A stretch of 62,050 nt of DNA, filler included, from Globobulimina sp. (GCA_003354225.1; 17 parts of 17 records of this genome joined end to end with filler, not necessarily neighbours in it), one strand, 5' to 3'; shown: positions 11,118-21,839, counted from the first letter of the whole stretch. A program made the numbers and translations. Notes: generated from the sequence alone by a model not told the origin.

Positions 11118-13835
11118 TTATTCAAAGACAATTTCAAATTCATAATTAACGGCAATATTAACCTCAAATACCAATAAATTTGGAGTTTTATAACAAAAAT
11201 TGTCTAATAATGTTTTCTTGTGTTTTGAATGTATAATGACAGACTTTGTTGGAATACTATTTGCGTTGGACATTAATATCCAGATTTGATAAATATTGCA
11301 TTTCTGTATTTTTTCATTTGAGTGAATTATTTTATTTGTAAATATATCTGAATCAAAAATAAATTGTGTAAACATATATTCATTGCAATCCAAATGATTT
11401 AAAGTTTCTCCATCATCCAAATAATATTTTCCAATGCAAAAATTATTCCTATCCAAGGCCATAATAATTGTAATTGGATCATATTTCATTAATGATGCAG
11501 ATCTCCGCATAAATTGATGTCTTTCTACAGTTAATTTCCCGCCTAACCTCAGAACAGGGATTGTATCCGAATATCCTTTCAAATTAACAATGCTTTGTTC
11601 CTCATCCATTCCATAAATATCAACCATACACTTTTCATCGTCATTTGTGAGTTGATAATAAATATGATTTTGCGGCAAGACAACAGTGCATTGACTCGTA
11701 TCTGGCGTAACAATCGGAACTATAAATAAAGCATCGCCAAACATGAACGCGTCCTCTCTGTCAAATGTGTTGATATCGCTTTCAAATTCATACCATAGTG
11801 GCCTCATAATTGGATGTCCCGCACAAAAAGACAAATAAAACAAGGTATAAATGTATGGCAATAATTTATATCTTTGAATAATTGAATTACGCATACTTTG
11901 CATATATTTGCTATCCATCTCAGTATCATACATCCAAAATTCTTGTCTTTTCGCATTGTGATGACAATGATTCCGAAAAAATGGATAAAATGCAGCCAAA
12001 TTATACCATCGTTGCATTAATTGAGCTGAGCAATGACCAAAAAAGCCGCCAACATCGGCGCCAACAAAGGGCATTCCAGCAACACTCAAAGATAATAACA
12101 TCGCAATTGATATTTGTAAATGTTTCCAATTTGATTTATTATCACCGGTCCAAATCGCACCAAACTTATGTGAGCCAATAAAAAAAGAACGCGATAATAT
12201 AAAAGGACGCAGTCGTTGATTAAATTCATTTTTCCGTTTTAATAATCCTTCAAAAGAGGCTTTATGGAAATAATAACCATATAAATTATGAACTTCTTCA
12301 TGTCTTAAATCAAAATGAATGGCATCACAATGTTTATTACAACAAGGCATTGTTCCTTCCATCCCGTCAAAAACCGATGGTTCATTCATGTCATTCCAGA
12401 CAAATATGTTATTATTTTGCATATATTTTGGAAATTGTTGACCCCATAACTCCCTCATTTGTGCATTTATGAAATCAGGGTATAAGGACTGGCCCGGCCA
12501 GCATTTCCCGGCAAAATTCTTATTCTCTCTCGTTTGAACCCAGTAATTATTTTTATTTATGATATTGTAAATGGAATAATTTTCATCTTTTTTTATATGG
12601 GGATCAACGATGCAAACTAACTTCCTTTTGGTGTCAGCATTTGATAAGTTCTTAATTAATCGTTTTGGATCTGGGAACTTATTAAAATCCCAAGTAAAAT
12701 ATTTCTTTTTCTCTGTGTGTCCAATATCAAGCCATATCACATCATTTGGACATTTATATTCGTTAAATTTGTCATTGATATCCATTACATCTTTCTCGTC
12801 CACATAATCCCATCGACATTGATGATGACCCACTGCAAACAATGGAGGTAACTGAGGAGGACCGGTCAGGCCATAATATTGCGATAAATAACTCCTTTTA
12901 CTCTTATTTTGATGTAACAATATAAATGTTTCTAAAGCACAAGTTTCGCTCATAAATCGAACATTTTTTGAGTTGATTTTATTTTCGTGAATTTCAACAA
13001 ATGTTTCTGACGAATTGCACCATAAAATAGAATGTGTTGTTAATGCATTATGGTTTATAATATATGGTATCGAACCATATAGCATTGCTGGCGAATTTAT
13101 TTTATATTTATAAACATCCAAATTATACATTCGATATGCTTCTGCATTGTCGAAACTATTTGTGGATGGCAGAGAGAATGGCGTGGAATGCGAGGGAATG
13201 CCATAAACATTCATCTCTTTCTCTTTTGCATCATCATTTGATTGTAATTCAACAAAATCAAAATCTAAACCAATGGCTGAAGCACCATAATCTCGATAAT
13301 ATGTATGATTTAATGCTGTCTCTGAATGTGCACAATTTGAATATGGTTCGAAGTAAAATTTGTTTCTATTATTCATTAAAATTTGCAATTCATTTGATTC
13401 ATAAATATGAATTAGAAATGGTTGATAAAATATTTTTATACAATAAGAATTCCATGCTAATATACAACCATTTTCTGTGTGTTTAATGGTTGAAAATGGC
13501 AATGCTTTTCTTGCATCATTCATTAATACGTCATTGTTATCATTTACTTGATATCTTTTTTTCTTATTTTTATCATCATTTAATTCTTTGATTGATACAC
13601 GAACAATATCATCAATTACGCGACTTACTATCAATTTTAATTGTTTTTCTTCATTTTCAGCATCATTTGAATCGCATAAAACCGCTTCAAACTCAAACTG
13701 TTTGTTAACAATATTCATAGTTTTTTCATCTATAAAATAGTTGCATTTGTCGACATTTTCATTTTGTCTCAGATAGAATGGTGTGTTTGATGATTTTCTG
13801 TATTTATCATCATGTGTGGCTTTGACCTGTTGCAT
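11118..13835 (-). CDS. GH31 neutral alpha-glucosidase (glucosidase II alpha / GANC-like), intronless
   Basis: HQCRW, WLDI, nucleophile WNDMNEPSVF, acid/base WTGDN, GADVGGFFG and YPFFRNH motifs. Confidence 0.92.
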   Translation of the reverse strand: MQQVKATHDDKYRKSSNTPFYLRQNENVDKCNYFIDEKTMNIVNKQFEFEAVLCDSNDAENEEKQLKLIVSRVIDDIVRVSIKELNDDKNKKKRYQVNDNNDVLMNDARKALPFSTIKHTENGCILAWNSYCIKIFYQPFLIHIYESNELQILMNNRNKFYFEPYSNCAHSETALNHTYYRDYGASAIGLDFDFVELQSNDDAKEKEMNVYGIPSHSTPFSLPSTNSFDNAEAYRMYNLDVYKYKINSPAMLYGSIPYIINHNALTTHSILWCNSSETFVEIHENKINSKNVRFMSETCALETFILLHQNKSKRSYLSQYYGLTGPPQLPPLFAVGHHQCRWDYVDEKDVMDINDKFNEYKCPNDVIWLDIGHTEKKKYFTWDFNKFPDPKRLIKNLSNADTKRKLVCIVDPHIKKDENYSIYNIINKNNYWVQTRENKNFAGKCWPGQSLYPDFINAQMRELWGQQFPKYMQNNNIFVWNDMNEPSVFDGMEGTMPCCNKHCDAIHFDLRHEEVHNLYGYYFHKASFEGLLKRKNEFNQRLRPFILSRSFFIGSHKFGAIWTGDNKSNWKHLQISIAMLLSLSVAGMPFVGADVGGFFGHCSAQLMQRWYNLAAFYPFFRNHCHHNAKRQEFWMYDTEMDSKYMQSMRNSIIQRYKLLPYIYTLFYLSFCAGHPIMRPLWYEFESDINTFDREDAFMFGDALFIVPIVTPDTSQCTVVLPQNHIYYQLTNDDEKCMVDIYGMDEEQSIVNLKGYSDTIPVLRLGGKLTVERHQFMRRSASLMKYDPITIIMALDRNNFCIGKYYLDDGETLNHLDCNEYMFTQFIFDSDIFTNKIIHSNEKIQKCNIYQIWILMSNANSIPTKSVIIHSKHKKTLLDNFCYKTPNLLVFEVNIAVNYEFEIVFE

Positions 13836-14215
13836 TGTGTTCAAATGTATGTAATCATAGATGTATATTTCGTTTTAATTTGTTTTAAACGTAACAATCT
13901 TGATTGCTTTCTTTTTTTTCTTTGGTTTCCAACCAAGACCACTGAACATTACTTACTTACAAAATGAATGATGTTTTTCGTTAAATTTAAATTTAATACA
14001 GTATCAAATATCAATGAACAAGAAGAATATTCTATCATTTTACGATATCATACAATGCAAAATAAGTGGATCACTGATATGAAAAGTAGCATTTTAAAAA
14101 CTTGACTTTATTTTTTTTCTTGAATTTTGTTCGTGACATATTTTACGATGCAATGCCAATCTATGACATGGATGTACAAAAAGCATATAGGTTTTATCAG
14201 CCAATATTTGTTGGA

Positions 14216-14426
14216 TGACTCAGGCAGGATTTAAACCTGCATCCATGTGCATTATAGCCACAACATTGAATTTATAATCAGCAATTGTGTATTGAATATT
14301 GCTAAACAGTGGATGCCTACATCCTAGGCATATTACTCTACGCTTACACGGGGTCTCTTCGCAAGGGAATTGTGGGTGGAACAGCCGAAGCTGCAGACAC
14401 ACGCTCTATTATTGAGCTACTGAGTC
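14216..14426 (-). ncRNA. tRNA-like gene A with a 146-nt insert in place of the anticodon loop
   Basis: Minus strand reads GACTCAG TA GCTC AATAATA GAGC G TGTGT [146 nt] GCACA TGGAT GCAGG TTTAAAT CCTGC CTGAGTC A. All four cloverleaf stems pair. A T5 run lies ~35 nt downstream. Confidence 0.75.
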
Positions 14427-14771
14427 TTAATAAATTATTATTTAATTTATTTTCTTGTTGTTTTTGGTTTCATAAAATCTCATTATTGCATTTGAACTGT
14501 TGCAATATCAATGAATATTAGTTGTGGGACAAACGTGTNNNNNNNNNNNNNNNNNNNNNNNNNNNNNNNNNNNNNNNNNNNNTTAATTAATTAANNNNNN
14601 NNNNNNNNNNNNNNNNNNNNNNNNNNNNNNNNNNNNNNAAACAGTTGTCATAATCAAATATTCATGCAACGAGTAATTGAGTATTTTTCTGACGTTCGCC
14701 CAAATCCTAAGATATTATGGTTGCTGATATGCGGAGCAAACTGCTATGATGAGAAAATCACTTCCAAGACC

Positions 14772-16532
14772 ATGTCGTTGTGGACTTTTCTATCACGTCA
14801 TATTTTGGCCAATCCTCTTAATTCATTTGATGCGATGTCTGGTATTTTATTGGGTATGACAGCCACTGGAATTGTATACAAGACAACAATAAGAACCAAG
14901 AATTGGAAAATTAACCGAAAAATCTTCATTATTTTAGGAATACTATACGTTGGTTATCGAATCGCAAAAATTCTAAGGAAACAATATAAAGCATTATTAA
15001 TTAAATCGTCACCATTTAAACATCGGATTGTTATCATTGGAGCTGGTTTAAGTGGACTTTGCATGGCAATTAAACTGAAACACGAATTGGGTTATGATAA
15101 TTTTATAATTTATGAAATGCTTTCTGATTTAGGCGGTACTTGGTTTGCAAATACATATCCTGGCTGTTGCTGTGATGTCGCAGGTGATCTATATTCATAT
15201 TCGTTTGCACCAAACCCTATGGCACAAAGAGCGTATCCCACACAATCAGAAACATTGCAATATATCAAACAAGTTGCAAACAAATATGATCTTTATAAAT
15301 ATATTCAATTTAATACGCAAGTTATCGGTTGTAAGTACGATGAAAATACTGCACAATGGACGGTGCAACTAAAACATGTACAAAATGATACCGATACAAA
15401 TGATACAATACAATCAGTAAAAGCAAATTTTGTTGTTTCTGCTGTTGGCGCATTCGTGATTCCAAAATACCCAAACATTGCTAATTTAAAAGCATTTAAA
15501 GGTAAAATGATTCATTCTGCACAGTGGGAGCATGGATATGATTTTCAGAGTAAAAGAATTGCAGTAATTGGTACCGGATGTTCCGCCATACAGTTGGTAC
15601 CCACATTAATTCAAACCTATGGTAAGCACATAAAACGAATGGATGTTTACCAACGTACTCCGGGACATATATTCCCCAAAGAAGATTATAAACATTCTGC
15701 AATGCGACAATTTTTATATTATTACTTGCCATGGACTTTGAAATTAAAACGATATTTTTTATACTGGAGACATGATGCATTAATATTTCCTGCTTTGTAC
15801 AAAGACAGTAAACGAAATAAACAATTTGAAGAACTTTGTGGTGAATATAGGAATCAAATGGTTTGTGATACTGTGTTGAGAAAGCAGTTAAGGCCAAGTT
15901 TTCCGTTTGGCGCTAAGCGGATATTGGTTGAAGATGGATATTATTCTGCTTTGCAAGAAACAAATGTCGGATTACTAACAAGTATGGATGGCCATGGAAT
16001 AGATTGTATGATGGCGGATGGCATCAAATTAAAGAATGGCGTTTTGAAGGAATATGACTGTATAATACTTTGTACTGGCTATGAAACAGAAGAATTTCTA
16101 AAAAGTATTCCAAATGGAGTTGTAAATACAGCCAAAAACATGGAAATTAATGTAACAGATGCAAAAGCATATATAGGACGCACTGTTTCTAACTTTCCGA
16201 ATTGGTTTCAAATAATGGGACCAGGCTCCGGTTTGGTACATTCGTCCATGATATTAATAATTGAAAATGATGCGAATTATATTAAACAAATTATTGAGAA
16301 ATTTCTAGTGAGCCATGGTAAGTTTAAATCAATTGAGGTGAAAGAAAAGTGCATGGATGAATTTGTAGATCGAATGGACGCTCAAATGCAACAAATGGTT
16401 TGGAGTGATGAAAATACTACGTCTTGGTATAAACATAAACATCAACGCGTTGCTGCTTTGTTTGGATGGAGTGCTGTTTATCATTGGTGGATATCCAGAA
16501 AGGTTGAATGGAGTCATTACACATTAACTTAA
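14772..16532 (+). CDS. Baeyer-Villiger-type flavin monooxygenase with N-terminal TM segments
   Basis: Two Rossmann motifs (GAGLSG, GTGCSA), GGTWFANTYPG and BVMO fingerprint FKGKMIHSAQW. Probable start is MSLWTF at 14772. The 36 upstream codons of the listed ORF are mostly retroelement-derived. Confidence 0.88.
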   Translation: MSLWTFLSRHILANPLNSFDAMSGILLGMTATGIVYKTTIRTKNWKINRKIFIILGILYVGYRIAKILRKQYKALLIKSSPFKHRIVIIGAGLSGLCMAIKLKHELGYDNFIIYEMLSDLGGTWFANTYPGCCCDVAGDLYSYSFAPNPMAQRAYPTQSETLQYIKQVANKYDLYKYIQFNTQVIGCKYDENTAQWTVQLKHVQNDTDTNDTIQSVKANFVVSAVGAFVIPKYPNIANLKAFKGKMIHSAQWEHGYDFQSKRIAVIGTGCSAIQLVPTLIQTYGKHIKRMDVYQRTPGHIFPKEDYKHSAMRQFLYYYLPWTLKLKRYFLYWRHDALIFPALYKDSKRNKQFEELCGEYRNQMVCDTVLRKQLRPSFPFGAKRILVEDGYYSALQETNVGLLTSMDGHGIDCMMADGIKLKNGVLKEYDCIILCTGYETEEFLKSIPNGVVNTAKNMEINVTDAKAYIGRTVSNFPNWFQIMGPGSGLVHSSMILIIENDANYIKQIIEKFLVSHGKFKSIEVKEKCMDEFVDRMDAQMQQMVWSDENTTSWYKHKHQRVAALFGWSAVYHWWISRKVEWSHYTLT

Positions 16533-16579
16533 TAAATGATTGCTAGTAAACTAAGTTTTTTGTACATTTGAAAAATCCT

Positions 16580-18196
16580 CACCATTCTTTTTCAATCTCT
16601 GCAAAGTAATCAAAGCCATTTATAATAACTCTCATTCAGCCATCCGCGATATCCCTTTCATCACTCAGATCTTCAAACTCCAAGATTGATATCCTCCAAT
16701 CCTCCAAAAAATGTGCCCTTTCACCTGACCGTGATCGCTTAGTCCTCACAGCCAACACCATTGAGAATCTTGCATCTCTGTTGAAAATATGTGAAGAGCA
16801 CAGCCACCATTGGGCGTACACATTTAATTCGAAAAAATGCAAAGCCATAATACATAACGATCCATCCATTCTCACCAACAACACCCACCACCATAACACT
16901 GCGCAGAAAACTAAAATGACCCAAGAATACCATGACAAAATCAACCAACCGACACAAAAACAAGCCCCAATGGTCCTAATCACTGCTGTAACCAACAACA
17001 AATTAATGGCCATAGACATTGATGGCATGGTCTGTTCGTACAGCACCGAAGAAGTCCCTCCTGAAATATTAAATCCATTTAAAACCCACTGCTGTTATTA
17101 TCAAAAGAAAATATCAAACACACCGTATCACATAATATGTGATAACATAATTCAGGATAATAGCTGGTCCATATCCAAAATGCACCATTTGTGTCCTACC
17201 TACGATACCTTGGCGCTCACCTTTGTTCGCATGACCCTGATAACATTGTCTCGACAGAACGCACAAATAAAGTGTTCCTCAATAAACTGGACCAAAAAGC
17301 CAAACTGTTGTAACGCTTAGACTTTAACCATGATTTTATCTCTCTCAGCGACAAAATACGAATCCAAAAACATTCTACTTAGTCTACACTGAGATATTCG
17401 CTCAAGTACTCGATAGCAAAATAATCAATTTAACAGCTGCTCTGAACAAACAAATCCGTACAATAACGACACAAACACAAACTAAAAATTTTGTCTTTGA
17501 ACAATTCTCAGTCTTTGCAGTAATCCCATCCCCCTACGAACGCTGGGTCGTTCTGAAACTGGCCTTCTATTGGAAGCTCTGTAAAGGTGAACCCATTTCG
17601 TATATGCACAAATGGAACCTCCTCCCAAATATATCCAATTTCACCTGAAACAAAAATGGTTACCAACCAAACCAGAATAATAAACGACATTTCAATCAGC
17701 ACCGACCCATTCAATGATATAACCCATTCATCCGAATTAGGACCATTGGTGGTGGTAAAACAACACCGTGAATTGGTTGCCACCTTCCATAACAAACATC
17801 CTTTCAATATCCTCCAACACCATCTTTCTGACTACAAAGCAATGAACACATTTGAAGTGCAAGACCTTGAAGATTACGTAAAACAGCATATGATTGTTCA
17901 ATACCGTGAACTGTTTTACGCTTTCAACCAAAAACCATCCCATTGTAACCTCTGCATGAAACACATTCCAAATCCGATTGAGTACCATCTCTGTGTTAAT
18001 TGCCCGCGACTAAGCATGATGAGATACTCCTACTGGAACCATTCAAGGCTGCCATTATCAAAAATAGGCTCCAAAATAAACAGTTGTCATAATCAAATAT
18101 TCATGCAACGAGTAATTGAGTATTTTTCTGACGTTCGCCCAAATCCTAAGATATTATGGTTGCTGATATGCGGAGCAAACTGCTATGATGAGAAAA
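16580..18196 (+). mobile_element. Degenerate LINE-like retroelement remnant with C-terminal CCHC zinc finger
   Basis: Broken ORFs 16781..17320 and 17587..18196. The motif CNLC-x9-H-x4-C resembles the non-LTR ORF2 C-terminus. C/A-rich coding strand. Homologous to 6775..7221. Confidence 0.55.
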
Positions 18197-18493
18197 NNNN
18201 NNNNNNNNNNNNNNNNNNNNNNNNNNNNNNNNNNNNNNNNTTAATTAATTAANNNNNNNNNNNNNNNNNNNNNNNNNNNNNNNNNNNNNNNNNNNNTTGA
18301 TTGTGTCCTTTTTTCTGTATTATATATCCAACTGCTTGGGTTATTGCGCCAAACGAAGCTAAGATCACAGCAATAAGAAGGTTCTTTGATGCTTCGTCCA
18401 TTGGGAAATTACAAAAACTACAGTTTCGACTCAAAGCGAAGTTATGGATCACATCTTCATATTTTATGTATCACAGAATAATCCTTATGGTAA

Positions 18494-19907
18494 ATGGGTC
18501 CCTCCCATATCAGTTATCTGACTCTGCTACGCAGAGGACGATGGCTCGCAACGCTCCGCGTTGCTCCCCGTTCCAAAAATATATTCAATCCAATTATAAA
18601 ATATTTAACTGACACCTTTCATCCATTGAGTTTAAAAATCGATTATGTGAAAAGTGAATCATTCACCGGTTATATTGTCGGATCAGAATTAAATAATATT
18701 ACTGTTGCTGATAAACGCTTGACAGACTATGACAAGAATGACATTGTCAAGCATGGAATCGATGCGGTTGTGGTCATACATCGTCAGCACACAATAAAGT
18801 CGCAGCCGATATCCTGCGTTCATATGAACGAAATAAAGAGTAACAATCCGATGGACTGTCCAATTTATTATACAATGAAAGAAAATTGCGATTTCAACGC
18901 AGAGCATTTAGCGCATTTGAACGAATTTAATCATTTTCTCGATGAATATAATGAAAAAACAATATGTCAATCTAAAGATAAATGTGCTGCATTTATTAGG
19001 CTAGAAAATGGAAGGAATGTGTTGAGCGACCAATGTCATATCAAATTATATCTGCATCCCGCAAGGAAAAGATATATGAAATTGTGGCAGAATGCCAATT
19101 CGCTGATGTTTGAAACAAAAGCAAGGCGAAATCATGTGTTATATATGCCAGTGGCAGGCAGCAACAGTGCTGATTATGATGAGTGGGACGGATATCTGCA
19201 TGTTTTGATCGAGGAAGTAATAGTAAATGGATATCAGTATGACCTATGTCTGCAATGTGCAGTGAATGAGCGCGAGGAATGCAAACATAATATATACGAT
19301 GATAAGTATTCTATATTGACAATGGTCACTGATAAAATGGAATGTCATCGGCATAAAAGCATTGGTAAACCCTTACGAAGGGACCACATGTTATCCTTGA
19401 TACTTTATACAAGTTATTTGACTTTATTTTATGTTATATTTGTAATAATATGCATGTACGTGAATAGATTGTGAGTGTAGTTATGATTTGTGTGGGTCGC
19501 AAAGAAAAGGAGATTATGGTAAATGGAAATGGTTTGATTACTGTTTATGGAATGCCATTGATGAACTATCGAGACGTGAATCTGGTTCGTTTACAGTGTA
19601 TTCAGCAATAAATCGAGTGAAACTCGATAAGAAAAGTGTAGAATGTGGCTATTTTGCGACGTATGTGTCGTCGTCGTGGAATAAAGCGGTTGCGGATAGG
19701 TTTCTGATTAATGGAATGGTCATAGAAATGGATAAAGAGTTTAAAAATAATGCGTTTGTGAGGTGTGCCGATGTATCATGGATTTCAAAATTTGCTGATG
19801 AATTTGAGGTATTATTTGCAAGATCATTGGATTGTAATTCTATGAAGTTTAAATGTGTTGTGTTGAATGAGTCGCACGGAGTACAAACAGTGTCGCTCAA
19901 AAGGTGA
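18494..19907 (+). CDS. Cys/His zinc-finger protein with C-terminal mono-ADP-ribosyltransferase-like domain (5' end uncertain)
   Basis: Intron 19413..19467 joins the two ORFs (ILYT-N-CECSYDLC). Contains ART-like YVSSSW and ISKFADEFEVLF (ExE), plus PBZ-like C..C..H..H clusters. Confidence 0.55.
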
Positions 19908-20172
19908 GAATATGTTCATTGTTTATATATATTTGTGTGGGAATATTGTCTTCTAATTTAATTAGTGAAATCATACCCTTGATGTTAAGAATTGTTATTT
20001 AAAAACTTTTTGTTCAATCCTCCTGATAAACTTTTGGTTGACCACTACTACTGACGCTAACAAAATGTGTAGTGCTAATCTCACGTAAAACAAATGCTTT
20101 TAAAAGACAATATAAGATTAAAAATAATATTGGATTTGGTCTGGTTAGGAATTAAAAATAAATGTATTGAAC

Positions 20173-20392
20173 CGGTTCAGGTGGGATTTTAACCCACATC
20201 CATGTGTGTTGCGTGACAGAATTAATTAAACTGTTTAATAACAGAATAAATTAAACAGAATAACACTGATAAACGCTGGATTTTTTTTGTTTTGTTTTTT
20301 TTTGTATATTTCAATTTTTTTTTTTAGTTGGTTGGTTGGGGGTGCAGCCAAAGCCGCAAGACACACGCTCTAACGAGTTGAGCTACTGAACC
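20173..20392 (-). ncRNA. tRNA-like gene B with a 153-nt insert in place of the anticodon loop
   Basis: Minus strand reads GGTTCAG TA GCTC AACTCGTTA GAGC G TGTGT [153 nt] ACACA TGGAT GTGGG TTAAAAT CCCAC CTGAACC G. All stems pair. A T5 run lies ~16 nt downstream. Homologous to gene A. Confidence 0.75.
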
Positions 20393-20636
20393 TCTATAAT
20401 TGTTGTCTGGGTATTACTTAATGTTCTGGAAGCAAACAATTGTATACATATAGAATGTTGAAAATACAATTAAAAGATCATGGGATCGAAAAACAAAAAT
20501 ACGGCTCAAATTGCGTAGTTACTTCAATATTAAATCAATGGAAAAATAAAAAAATGCAAAATAATCAATCTGTCCGGATTTAATTCTGTCTTTTGACAAA
20601 TGAAGAATATATAGATCGACAATGATATAAATTCGG

Positions 20637-21839
20637 TTATAATTGGAAATAAAACATGTTATCTTCCAAAGATTTATTAAAACAAAAGGGATTATTTCTG
20701 AGATAAAACCGTTGCATTTGTTGTGATAAAAGACCAGCCCAAACAGGGAATTGTGGAGCCTCCCTCTTTTTGAATAATTCAATTTCATCCAACCATGCTA
20801 CCTCTATATGCTTTGCAAATTGCTCCAATTGGCGGCCCACTGTAAATGCTAAGATTGCCACACCAATCAATGTCAAACATATAGCCACAGCAAATAGCGC
20901 CAATTCATAGACCTCCAATGACTGAAATTCATTAAAATATATGGCTCCCATCAAAGTTGCACCCAATATCAGCAAAACCTGATATATCGGCACCACAAAC
21001 AAAGCGCCTTACAAATCACAATTAATATATATAATATTATCCAATGTCATATTTAATTTATAATACATACCAAAATATGCCAATCCTCTCTGTCGGAAGA
21101 ATTCTAACGATACATTCACGACAATAATACAGACGATCACAACATAAAAATACAAATCTGCCAAGTAACCAACAACAAACGTTGCTATTATGATAACCAT
21201 AGATTTCATAAATAACACATTAATGGCACCAAAGTAGGCAGCCAATGAGACATAAGATATCATCAAATATCTTTTCCCATAAACAATTTCATTCTGTTGC
21301 TTGTCATTAAAGTTCAAGTGTTCATAATATTTAACTCCAATAAAATCAATGACAGCGATCACTGTCAAAATGCAAAAGAATATTATAAATTGAGGCTGTA
21401 GCCAATTATCTATCAATTCACTTATTGTTGGCTCTGTTCCTTGCGATTTGGGCCCAAATATTATAGCCATTATGCTGCCACAAATTACTAATATTATCCC
21501 AATAATATCCTCTTTTTCGAAGGGTTCTCCCAACAATTTTGTGGCTAACAGTGTATTTGCGACGAGCGTCAATGACCCCAATGGAGATACGACTGACTGT
21601 GCGCCCCATTTCAAGGCTGCTGCATTCATCAGGGATCCCGCAATATAAGTTATAAAACCCGATATCCACAAACAATTGCCTGTATATGACTTCTTGTCTT
21701 GTTCGTTTGCAATTGTTTTGTTATGTGCGTTGACTTGATTGTGTCCTTTTTTCTGTATTATATATCCAACTGCTTGGGTTATTGCGCCAAACGAAGCTAA
21801 GATCACAGCAATAAGAAGGTTCTTTGATGCTTCGTCCAT
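20637..21839 (-). CDS. NIPA-family magnesium transporter, 2 exons
   Basis: GYIIQKKG, LWISGF, AALKWGAQSVVSPLGSLTLVAN and VVPIYQV...GAIYFNEF. 63-nt intron 21070..21008. Confidence 0.88.

Larger units (their letters stand above)
10981..14538. repeat. Contig with exact 93-bp terminal direct repeat (closes as a 3465-bp circle or tandem unit)
   Basis: 10981..11073 is identical to 14446..14538. Confidence 0.9.
14639..18196. repeat. Contig with exact 119-bp terminal direct repeat (3439-bp circle or tandem unit)
   Basis: 14639..14757 is identical to 18078..18196. Confidence 0.9.

Noticed and set aside
14216-14426. Ordinary tRNA-Cys(GCA) (and tRNA-Ala(TGC) at 20173..20392) with introns
   Set aside because: Identity elements (U73; G3:U70), D-loop GG and TTC are missing, and the anticodon differs between the two homologs. 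Kept as tRNA-like instead.
18249-18452. ORFs running into N-runs and ending in LIN, and a second NIPA paralog
   Set aside because: Linker artefacts. This ORF is just the terminal-repeat copy of the NIPA start.
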